Source: a virus (taxonomy: Duplodnaviria; Caudoviricetes). Taken from it: a DNA stretch of 32,112 nt. The notes beneath the pieces are model-generated. The model was not told the origin of the DNA, did not search any database, and saw nothing but the letters and a program-made list of their open reading frames with translations. The DNA is taken from the IMG/VR virus record IMGVR_UViG_3300047290_000055, positions 1-32,112 of that record; one strand, given 5' to 3'. How positions within the stretch are numbered: the first letter of the stretch is position 1; each line of letters starts with the position of its first letter. Shown here piece by piece: positions 1 to 8,700 of the stretch. The position numbers and the translations under genes are program-made.

Positions 1-11
1 GCAAAACAAGT

Positions 12-41
12 GCACCCAAAACCCCAAAGGGTTTGGGGTGC
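12..41. other. Inverted repeat/hairpin upstream of the first early gene
   Basis: GCACCCAAAACCC-CAAA-GGGTTTGGGGTGC: 13-bp stem with one mismatch and no clear U-tract. Confidence 0.5.
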
Positions 42-75
42 TAACAGTTCGACCACAAAACACACGGGGAGAAAA

Positions 76-936
76 ATGCGAATAGAACAAACAGAAACAG
101 GTACACGAATTTACGTAAGACAGTCATGGCTCGGTGATGCACTTATGTGTCCAGAACGGGCAAGACTCATTGCATTACATCCTGAATCACGCAAAGAAAA
201 CGATTCAGCAATGATGGGTACTGCTGTTCATGCCGGCATCGAAGCAGTTCTTCGTGGTGAAATTAGCCCCATAAACATTGAAGATTTTGCAGTTTCTGCA
301 TTCCGTGTTGCAGAAACACAACTACTCATTCAAGCAAAACAAATCAACATCACTAACACAGACCCAAGAAATTGGGACAAACACATCGCATCAATGGCTA
401 AAGCATGGGTCAAAGACATAATGCCATCAGTTCCAGAAGGCGGTGACTGTGAATGGAAATTCTCAGCAAAAGTCGCAGATGTGGTCGACGGAATCTTCCC
501 TTACGAATTATGGTTTGAGGGAACCATGGACTACTTCCATCCTCAAAGTATTTGGGACTGGAAAACTGCAGCCCGCAAGTATTACCAAGCAGAAAAACAA
601 AATCAAAACATTCAGTCTGCTGTTTATGCAAAAGCAGCAACCTCACTGGGGTTGATGGATTATGACGTCACATTCAATTTTGGCGTCATGATTCGCAATG
701 CATCAAGTACTGGTCAAATCGTGCCAGTCGTCAGAACAGCACAACATGGTGAATGGATTGTTGAACAAACAAAAACTTTGGTCAACAACCTGCTCATCAT
801 AAACAACAGCCAGCCATCAACTAGATGGTTGGCAAACGACCAACACTTTCTCTGCTCGCAGAGATGGTGTCCAGTATGGTCAAAATGCAAAGGCTCGTAC
901 ATCACGAGCGAAACAGACAATGCCGAGGAGGCATAA
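76..936 (+). CDS. PD-(D/E)XK exonuclease, Cas4/RecB/AddB-like, with probable Fe-S cluster
   Basis: N-terminal LMCPER, nuclease motifs GTMDY...WDWKT, QxxxY (QSAVY) and C-terminal CSQRWCPVWSKC give the 1+3 Cys pattern. Start moved to ATG 76 (GGGGAGA RBS). Confidence 0.85.
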   Translation: MRIEQTETGTRIYVRQSWLGDALMCPERARLIALHPESRKENDSAMMGTAVHAGIEAVLRGEISPINIEDFAVSAFRVAETQLLIQAKQINITNTDPRNWDKHIASMAKAWVKDIMPSVPEGGDCEWKFSAKVADVVDGIFPYELWFEGTMDYFHPQSIWDWKTAARKYYQAEKQNQNIQSAVYAKAATSLGLMDYDVTFNFGVMIRNASSTGQIVPVVRTAQHGEWIVEQTKTLVNNLLIINNSQPSTRWLANDQHFLCSQRWCPVWSKCKGSYITSETDNAEEA

Positions 937-938
937 CC

Positions 939-1376
939 ATGGATAAAGACAGAGCAATAATCACCCAAGTCTGTGCGAAAATCGCATCAGACCTAACAAG
1001 CAAAGACAACGGAGTTGACGAGCGGATTGGTGAATTCACCACAATCTTCTCAACAATTACCGAAATCATCATGGAACAAATCTATGGTGGAGAAGCAACA
1101 CAGATGCAGAACGACAACATCATTCAATTGGCAAAAGACACTTTCAACGCAGAACAAGTAGCAACGCCAATGAGTTCAATGCAAAGTTCTAGCGATACTG
1201 TCACAGTCAAAGGCAAGCAACATGGACCACTACCAGACTGGCTCATCAAAGCTTGCAAGCGTGACGGTGTAACAACTGTCTACGACAATCGTGACGGTTT
1301 GGCTGCAAATCCAAAGCGTCCATCCTTCAAGGCAGTTGATGCCGAGAAGGCTTACTGGCCACCACGAGGCAAGTAA
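939..1376 (+). CDS. Putative ssDNA-binding/annealing protein
   Basis: GGAGG RBS before ATG 939; lies between exonuclease and helicase; C-terminal YDNR...NPKRPSFK...YW motif. Confidence 0.5.
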   Translation: MDKDRAIITQVCAKIASDLTSKDNGVDERIGEFTTIFSTITEIIMEQIYGGEATQMQNDNIIQLAKDTFNAEQVATPMSSMQSSSDTVTVKGKQHGPLPDWLIKACKRDGVTTVYDNRDGLAANPKRPSFKAVDAEKAYWPPRGK

Positions 1377-2401
1377 TGCGGTTATCAGCAGAAGAAATAT
1401 CTGCTGGCTGGGATAACGTGGGGAAGCCGAATCCGACGGCTTCCCCACAATCCGAGTACAGAATGTACACACCACTTTCAGATGCGGCAGATTCTTTCAT
1501 CAGATGGGCACAGTCCCCACAAGAAAGAATCCATTTAGGAATTCCTCGGATTGATGACGAACTACGGGGCATCGCACCCGGTGAAATTTGCATGATGCTT
1601 GGCTTCGCTCATGGCGGTAAAACTTTAGTTCTACTAAACACGCTACGTAAAAACATGGACAAACATATTGTCATGTTCATCCCTGATGAACCCAAGCAGT
1701 TAGTCCTGCTAAAACTCACATGCATCTTGCATCGCATTGATGCTCGTGAACTAGAAGCAAGAGTTGCCTCAAATGACGAACAAGCAATCAGACTCATGCG
1801 TCAAACAGCAGAAGAATACTTTCCAAACCTAGCCGTCTTTGACCAGCCACTCAATGCGTCAGACATGGAACGTGCATACGACGAAGTATGCGATGTATGG
1901 GGTCAAGCCCCAGAACTTGTTGTGGTCGACTATCTAGACCTTCTGGAAGCAGGCGAGACAGTCCCAGACAAAGCAACATTCCTCAAAGGCTTTGGTCGTC
2001 GTCATGACATACCATTGCTCGTCTTGCACCAAGCGTCAAGAAACGCTGGTGCAGACGGAGCCAAACTCACCATGTCTTCAGGTGCTTACGGTGGCGAACA
2101 GCAAGCCACCAGCATCATTGGTGTTCGGCGCAAGAAGTACCAGATTGCAGCAGAACTTCATGAACTCATCGAGAAAAACGACAGGTCTCATTCGGAACGG
2201 ACTCAAGACAGAATTGATTACCTCAGGCATGAGGCAATGATTCATGAACACACTCTCAGTGTCTCGTTGCTCAAGAACAAGCGACCTGCTGGTCAGCTTG
2301 TTGACGACATTGACTTTGAACTTGATTCGGCCACAGGTCGATTGACTTATTTGGATGGCAAATTGCCAGTGCAATATCAGCAGAGAGGGTTGTATGAATG
2401 A
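1376..2401 (+). CDS. SF4 (DnaB/RecA-fold) replicative helicase
   Basis: Walker A GFAHGGKT, Walker B VVVDYLD, LHQxSR, EQxA and KNKR motifs; TAATG coupling to the upstream gene. Confidence 0.85.
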   Translation: MRLSAEEISAGWDNVGKPNPTASPQSEYRMYTPLSDAADSFIRWAQSPQERIHLGIPRIDDELRGIAPGEICMMLGFAHGGKTLVLLNTLRKNMDKHIVMFIPDEPKQLVLLKLTCILHRIDARELEARVASNDEQAIRLMRQTAEEYFPNLAVFDQPLNASDMERAYDEVCDVWGQAPELVVVDYLDLLEAGETVPDKATFLKGFGRRHDIPLLVLHQASRNAGADGAKLTMSSGAYGGEQQATSIIGVRRKKYQIAAELHELIEKNDRSHSERTQDRIDYLRHEAMIHEHTLSVSLLKNKRPAGQLVDDIDFELDSATGRLTYLDGKLPVQYQQRGLYE

Positions 2402-3284
2402 TGCAATAGAAACATTCATGTCACTTTTTGCTGGACGCTCTGATGCATACGGTTCGTGGGAAGGTGGATGCGTACGCTCAGATGTTCGTTACGAAACATT
2501 CGCTAGACACTTATATGGCGAAGAACTCATCGGCATATATCCACTTACAGCCGGCAATACGGTCAAATGGGGTTGCACCGACATTGACATTGACGACCTA
2601 GATGCTGCACGAAATCTGCAATTAGCCTTCAGTATGAAAAGCATTCCAGCATTCGTAGAGAAAACTCGGAAGGGTTATCACATCTGGGTATTCGCTACAG
2701 ACTGGGTTCCTGCAATAACCATGCGCAGAGCATTCCTTGCAGCGCATGAAGCAATCGGTTATCCAGCAAAAGAAGTAAATCCAAAGCAAGAAGAATCAAC
2801 GGGACTTGGCAACTATGTGCGCTTGCCATACCCAGACGGTTTCAATGGCATGCCAGAAAACAGGTACATGCTGTTCAAGGGCAATGACTCACCAATGTCA
2901 CTAAAACAATTCTTGGATTCAGCCAAAGAATCAAGAGTCAGCCCCAACCTGCTAGACCCTCTAGCCAGAATGCATCGTCCAAAGCAACGTGCAGTCTTAG
3001 ACCTACCACTATCAACATCAGTTGCAGAAGCGCTCAATTATGCCAATGGCTATATTGAGCGCATTTGGCGTGAAGGACCACTACCAAACTCGGACAGGTC
3101 AAGCACTCTCATTCGCATGTGCCACTTCATGCGTGAATTCGAAGTGCCAATCAATTACGCATACATCATCCTTGTGGACGCAGACAAGCGATGGGGTAAG
3201 TTCCATGAACGCCCAGATGCCGTGGTACATTTGACAAAGATTATTGAAGACGCTTATGGCAAAGCAATGACGGGAGACCAATGA
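2394..3284 (+). CDS. Archaeo-eukaryotic primase (AEP) family primase/prim-pol
   Basis: CTDID (motif I), TRKGYHIW (motif II), GNYVRLPY (motif III region) and a helical C-terminal domain. Start ATG 2394 after GAGAGG. Confidence 0.8.
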   Translation: MNDAIETFMSLFAGRSDAYGSWEGGCVRSDVRYETFARHLYGEELIGIYPLTAGNTVKWGCTDIDIDDLDAARNLQLAFSMKSIPAFVEKTRKGYHIWVFATDWVPAITMRRAFLAAHEAIGYPAKEVNPKQEESTGLGNYVRLPYPDGFNGMPENRYMLFKGNDSPMSLKQFLDSAKESRVSPNLLDPLARMHRPKQRAVLDLPLSTSVAEALNYANGYIERIWREGPLPNSDRSSTLIRMCHFMREFEVPINYAYIILVDADKRWGKFHERPDAVVHLTKIIEDAYGKAMTGDQ

Positions 3285-3634
3285 AGTATTCACAAGTATT
3301 CAACATCAGACCTAAATCAAAAGGCAGACCACGCATGACCCGTAAAGGTCGTGCGTTTACGCCAAAAGAAACCGTAGAGTACGAGCGTTCAGTCGCTAAC
3401 GCTTATGTCGGCCCAATGTTCGCAGAAGGTCTAATAAGTATGAAGCTTCGCTTCACAAAAGAAGGAACAGAGTTGTTCATGGAACAAGTCGAGTTAGACC
3501 CGGATGCGCCAGTTACTAAAGGCAGACTGACTGGCGACATTGACAACTATGCAAAGTCTGTGCTTGATGCACTCAATGGTGTAGCGTACACAGACGACAA
3601 ACAAATCGTTTGCCTTTACTTGGAGAAAGCATGA
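3281..3634 (+). CDS. rusA: RusA-like Holliday junction resolvase
   Basis: PKSKGRPR at the N-terminus and the DIDNYAKSVLDALNGVAYTDDKQIV catalytic signature. Confidence 0.9.
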   Translation: MKYSQVFNIRPKSKGRPRMTRKGRAFTPKETVEYERSVANAYVGPMFAEGLISMKLRFTKEGTELFMEQVELDPDAPVTKGRLTGDIDNYAKSVLDALNGVAYTDDKQIVCLYLEKA

Positions 3635-3690
3635 CACTAGGAATGTACATAATAGGCATTGTGGTAATTGCAGTGATTCTTTTCTCGTGA
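3631..3690 (+). CDS. 19-aa hydrophobic membrane micropeptide (MTLGMYIIGIVVIAVILFS), absent from the ORF track
   Basis: ATGA overlap with the rusA stop, GTGA overlap with the next start and a GGAG RBS; fills the gap exactly. Confidence 0.65.
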   Translation: MTLGMYIIGIVVIAVILFS

Positions 3691-4130
3691 AAGAATCACG
3701 CTGGGATTTCCCAGCAGAACGCCGTTACAACTTTTCTGACGACCTAAAGTTTGGGAAGAAAGGTGAAGAACTCACCCGTGACTTCCTGCAATCTATTGCG
3801 GATGGCTCTTTTGAAGTAAAGACAGACCGTTATCGCAACGGTCGGATGGTTGTTGAAACACAACAAAATCCACGTGGCAACGGTTGGAAAGCCAGCGGCT
3901 TAGATGTAACAGAAGCCAAATGGTGGGTCTACATCTATTGCCTAGATGGCGCAATGCTTGCAGTCAATGTTGAGCGACTAAAGCGCTACATTGCCACACT
4001 GCCTAAAAGCAGAATGAAAACCTTTGCTTGGAATTCAAACAATCCAGCAAAAGGTTTCTTGTTGCTTCCAGAAGAAGTCATGGACATGATGATTAACCCT
4101 GAATACGACATGAAGGAATTTGAAGCATAG
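3687..4130 (+). CDS. Putative PD-(D/E)XK nuclease-fold protein
   Basis: GKKGEE and FEVKTD (ExK) motifs; GTG start. Confidence 0.5.
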   Translation: MKESRWDFPAERRYNFSDDLKFGKKGEELTRDFLQSIADGSFEVKTDRYRNGRMVVETQQNPRGNGWKASGLDVTEAKWWVYIYCLDGAMLAVNVERLKRYIATLPKSRMKTFAWNSNNPAKGFLLLPEEVMDMMINPEYDMKEFEA

Positions 4131-4509
4131 AAAAGAAGTAGACATGTCCCCCTTTCAGGAACAAAACCTGAGAGCAACGAGGAGACCAGAAACGCCAATG
4201 GAGGCGTTGATGAGTGCTGCCGTAGGTGAGCATCCAGTCCAATCAGTATCAGAATTACAACCGCTTAGAGAAGCGGTTGCAGAATGTATCGAGTTACTAA
4301 GTGAGCAAGACCAATTCGTAGTCAATGCTGTAAACTCGGAAATGATTTCATTAGAAAAATTAGGTAAACGCTTAGGCGTCTCTAAGCCTCATGCTTGGAG
4401 GCTTCGCAATGCTGCATATGACAGATTGCGGGTGCACTTACTAGCGCATCCTATTATTAGAGAGAGGTTATTCTTAGATGATGACGAATCAGGTTACAGT
4501 GGGTTTTGA
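4120..4509 (+). CDS. Sigma-70 region-4-like HTH transcription regulator
   Basis: LSEQDQFVV...SLEKLGKRLGVSKPHAWRLRNAAYDRLR matches the sigma region 4 pattern; no region 2 is recognisable. Start is TTG 4120 or ATG 4144. Confidence 0.75.
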   Translation: MKHRKEVDMSPFQEQNLRATRRPETPMEALMSAAVGEHPVQSVSELQPLREAVAECIELLSEQDQFVVNAVNSEMISLEKLGKRLGVSKPHAWRLRNAAYDRLRVHLLAHPIIRERLFLDDDESGYSGF

Positions 4510-4654
4510 TGTTAAGGTCAATATCCAAGAGATTGCTAAAGTTCTTGAAGCGCATTTTGGTAACACAGATGTGGGTCAAGGAATACTCGAAAACGGTTTG
4601 CCCTTCGGGTTCATACATGTTGCTAATAAGAAAAGGAAGAAAACAAATGGCTGA
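4478..4654 (+). CDS. Hypothetical 58-aa protein (MMTNQVTVGFDVKVNIQEIAKVLEAHFG...KKRKKTNG), absent from the ORF track
   Basis: GAGAGG upstream; open frame bridging the HTH gene and the gene starting at 4647, overlapping both. Confidence 0.65.
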   Translation: MMTNQVTVGFDVKVNIQEIAKVLEAHFGNTDVGQGILENGLPFGFIHVANKKRKKTNG

Positions 4655-4925
4655 AGAAGGAGATTGGATTTACAACATCATTCCTAAAGAACAAGTTGAT
4701 TCCATGACAGAAAACATGGAAAAAATTGAAGAACGCTCAAAAAATGGTGTAACCATTGTTATGAGCGCAAACAATGAATCAGCAGTAGAAATGTGCCGTA
4801 CGTGGCAACAAGCTCTACAAGGCAGTTCACTTTCATGGATAAAAATCAGCGCATTTGTATCCGGAATAATTTCAACCATTGAAGAACATCTAGAAGAAGA
4901 AGGAATAAACCCTTATGAAAATTAA
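4647..4925 (+). CDS. Hypothetical protein
   Basis: Start at MAEEGDW (ATG 4647, AGGAAG upstream); the track's longer N-terminus overlaps the 4478 ORF. Confidence 0.65.
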   Translation: MAEEGDWIYNIIPKEQVDSMTENMEKIEERSKNGVTIVMSANNESAVEMCRTWQQALQGSSLSWIKISAFVSGIISTIEEHLEEEGINPYEN

Positions 4926-5316
4926 ACAAGTAAAATCGGATTGGTCTCTCGTATGCATTCACTGGCGTGATGCATTTGATGGTGAAAACGGCTGGACAGA
5001 CTTAGAAAAATATGAACCAGTTGAGCTAACAGTTGTTACTGTCGGATATCTAATCCCAGACATGCTTGATGGTTACGTCACGGTTGTCAATTCATACTTC
5101 CCTGATGAAGTAGATAATCCAAAAACAGCCGGCATGGCCGTCCACATCCCATTGGGGATGGTTATTCAGGTAATTGTTTTAGAACAACCTACTGTCGGAT
5201 TGGCCTCTAAGGAAGACGAAGATTCTGAAAAGCCTCGCTCATCTTCTTCGGGTCATCAGCCATTGCAGGTGAAATTTCAAGGTGTATCCAGTCACCTGAG
5301 CCTCCCCCGCTCATAG
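4915..5316 (+). CDS. Hypothetical phage protein
   Basis: AGGA RBS and coupling to the previous gene; HWRDA...GW...TVGYL motif; 3' end overlaps the endolysin gene. Confidence 0.65.
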   Translation: MKIKQVKSDWSLVCIHWRDAFDGENGWTDLEKYEPVELTVVTVGYLIPDMLDGYVTVVNSYFPDEVDNPKTAGMAVHIPLGMVIQVIVLEQPTVGLASKEDEDSEKPRSSSSGHQPLQVKFQGVSSHLSLPRS

Positions 5317-5713
5317 TGTGCTTTTTGTAATTAGACCAACCACCACGGTCACATTTCCAGCCTCTACCATGAGGCTTAACAATATAATCAAAAGCTGCTT
5401 CCAAACCTAGAGCATCAGCATTCGCAACAAGAATCTTCAAGATTCTCATTGCTTCCATTCTGCCATTCTTTACGCCTTTGGTATTGCTTGCGTCTTTTAC
5501 GTCCACAATGTGGCGATAACTCAAATCGACCGCCCTACCTGTTGCATGAACGCTAAGGGATTCTTTGTCACGCATATTTCTTACGCCAAAGTCCCCGTTA
5601 TTCCAAAGAGCACCATTGCTAAGTTTTATTACTTCTCTAATGAATACTTTCATGCCGGGACGTAGCCCTTTAGCTACGCCATCGGTATTGCCTGTGTACT
5701 TGCGCTTTGTCAT
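5207..5713 (-). CDS. Endolysin, M15-like Zn-dependent peptidase
   Basis: R...SVHATGRAVD (HxxxxxxD) and DWIHLE (third Zn ligand) are typical of LAS/M15 peptidases; last gene of the late operon. Confidence 0.75.
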   Translation of the reverse strand: MTKRKYTGNTDGVAKGLRPGMKVFIREVIKLSNGALWNNGDFGVRNMRDKESLSVHATGRAVDLSYRHIVDVKDASNTKGVKNGRMEAMRILKILVANADALGLEAAFDYIVKPHGRGWKCDRGGWSNYKKHTMSGGGSGDWIHLEISPAMADDPKKMSEAFQNLRLP

Positions 5714-5714
5714 G

Positions 5715-8700
5715 TTAGTTGTACTTTCTAATTGGTGAACCCATATAACCCAACCAAGCGTTCAACTTGGACATTGGATTGTCGTTAGTAATCAATTTGT
5801 CAAACTGTTGCGCAGGTGGTGCAATGCTTGTCAAAGCATTCAACAACCTATCATCCACACCCTCAAACTTTTTACCAGTGTAAGAGTCACGCCCTGTTAT
5901 CTGTTCAAACGGAACAACAAACAGAGGATTCATCTTCGGTATCATTTTCATCGGATTGGTCAAATCTGTAAGTTCTTTCTGAACTCGTGTGAATCCAAAG
6001 TCTGGCATCATATACAGACCATCTCCGAATGGTAATTTGAATCCACCCATCTCTTCTACAAATGGTGGGTTCGGTTGCTCTCTGTCAGAAATGTTGTTTT
6101 TAATGTTGTAATAAATGTGATAAGGACGTGGGTTCAACCACATGTTCGTTATCTGAGTGTGCAAGTTGCGTGAGTAGAACAACCAAAACGGAATGAATTG
6201 TTTCATTACCTTATCGAGCGTACTCAGGTCTTCGTAGTCAAAATAGAATCGCTTCACTCGTGCAGCTGCCATGAATTGGTCGTTGCCTTTCATTGCAGAA
6301 TCAAATGCCAACACAAATCGACTGTAGTTATCTGACTGCTGTCCTAGTGCATAGTTCTTTCTAATCAGCCACCAGTCCATTACACGACTGCCCGATGCTT
6401 CTTTCATGACTTCGCTGTAGATACCACCACCAGAACCGATAGAACCGTTTCTCGCAGTCTTCATTACTTCTTGCATCGGCTCATCCAAAGACAGAATAAA
6501 TTCGTTCCATGACTTGCCTTCTTTAGATGCCTTCATCCACCTGTAATACATCCGTGTTCCAAGTGTTGCATTATCCATTTCAACACCAGCCAATGCAAAC
6601 TGCACAGCGTTAGCAAGTCCGTTTCGAACGTGGAAACCCGGTGACAATACAGCAAATGCTTTGAATAACTTTGTATACGGCCCAATGAAGTAAGCCATCT
6701 TACGAACAAACTCTGGGTCTTCAAATCGTGCTGCATTATCCAGCATCTCAATCATCTCTGGAGAACCATACAAGTCTGGGAAGTTCTTGCTAATCGAATC
6801 CCATCCAGTACGGATGGCTTTGCCGGCATCAACAACTGCATCGGTTGGTACACCATCAACAATCAATCCAGTTGACAACTGCACTCTGCCATCAGGCAAA
6901 AGTCTTCCACCACCGTCAATCATCTTTTGTACACCATCAAGCATAAGTCTGTCATGCTGTGCAGACTTCAAATTAGCAACAGCAAGATGCACTTCTGCTT
7001 CAGATGCAATCTGAGCACGAAGTATCGCATCCATCTGGTCAAACTCTCCGTTGACCTTTGCGCCAAGCAAAGACAATACGGAGTTCGCATACTCCAAGAA
7101 CCTCTTGGCTTCTTGATGTTTTGTGTATTCAAGTGAAATGCCATCCGAGTAATCAAATGTTGATTGCTTGCCACGTCCAGCACGAACATCAATCTCTGTA
7201 CCATCAATCAATCTCTGCAAAACCTCGATGCGGTTCTGCAGATATTTCACTTGGTCTTCGTCAACCCCATCCGCAGCAGCCTGTGCCACATCGTACTTAG
7301 CCTGCAACTTATCGGCCACAGCACGAGCATTAGAAGCCTCCTTGCCAATTCGCTCCACATCTGTGGTCGAACCTTTACCAAGTGCTTCAAGTTGTGCTTG
7401 CAGTTTAGCTGCGGCGTCCATCGGGACGTCCGTAGCAACAGGTGCTACGTCTTTCGGAACGGCAACCATTTCCGTATCAGAAAACTTCTTCCAATTTACT
7501 GCAGAATGCAAATCATCCAGTTCGGCCAACTCATTAAGTTGATAATCAAAATCTGGTTCAGAAAGCCTTGCTGTGTAATACTCAATATCTTCTGGCTTCA
7601 AGGTCAAACTACGGTTATATTTACCATTTCTTGGCTTCAAAGAACTATCAATAAAACTGTTAACAGCCTTAAGCATCTTTTCTGCCTGAGATTGACCACG
7701 ACCAGTAACTGCAGTAACAGCATTTTCTAAATCTGGAGTCAAATTACCCTCAGATTTATATGCAGCTGTTTCCAACAGTCGCTTCAAACGCTCAACATGC
7801 TTCTTATTTGCAAGAACAAGTTTCTCTTCCCTAACAACCCTCTTGACAAATTCAATTGCACTTTCAAAATCATCAATAGGAAGTGAACTATAAGTCCACT
7901 TTGTCTTAGGTCTAGAGCCGGCAGGCGTAACAACAAATCCTTCTCGTTTTGCAATTTCTGCTTTACGCAGACGAACCAATGCTCGCTTGCTCTTACCTGT
8001 AGTCCAAGGAGTATTCAGGTTATTCTCAATCATCGATTCAAGAATGCCAATTTCCTTTTCAAGCTGTTGAGTTGATTTCTCAATGTTTGAACCACTCAGG
8101 AATGAATCGACAACCTTTGCTGTTTCCCTGTTGGTGATAATCAAAGTCTCATCAGCACCAGATAAACCAGTTATAGGCAATGCTTCGTAATCTGCAACCT
8201 CTTTGCCTACACCCTCACGACCCAAAAAGGTTCGTGATTCAACTTCATTAACTCCACCAGACTTCCACTTCTTCTCACTAGGCTTCAATGATTCATTCAT
8301 AAGCGTTTCAATGGTGTCGTCTGCTTCACCAGCCACTTCATCTACATCTTGAACAATTGGTTTGATTCGCTTTTCAACAACACGTTGAATGTCACCTGAT
8401 ACTTCTTCTACAAAAGCAATTCTAGATTCTGGCTTTTGAATAGTTTTTTCCATCTTACGCATTGTCGAAATAAACTTGTTGAAAGAATGCTGCAACAAAT
8501 TCTTTCTCTGAGCCGTAAATGCAGGAACATCTACTGCAACTTCATCTGTTGCATTCCTTACAAAAGTAATAGCATTAGATGCAGCATCAAGCTGTCTGAC
8601 TTCATCAGCAGCATTCGCTGCAAAAGCCTTAGCAAATTTCCTTTGCTCATAAGTCCTGTATTCCTGCAACCATGAATAATGTTCAGACTTTTTCCAATTC

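Noticed and set aside
76-936. Cas4-like gene as evidence of a CRISPR-Cas system
   Set aside because: No repeat-spacer array or other cas genes; solo Cas4-like exonucleases are common in phage replication modules.
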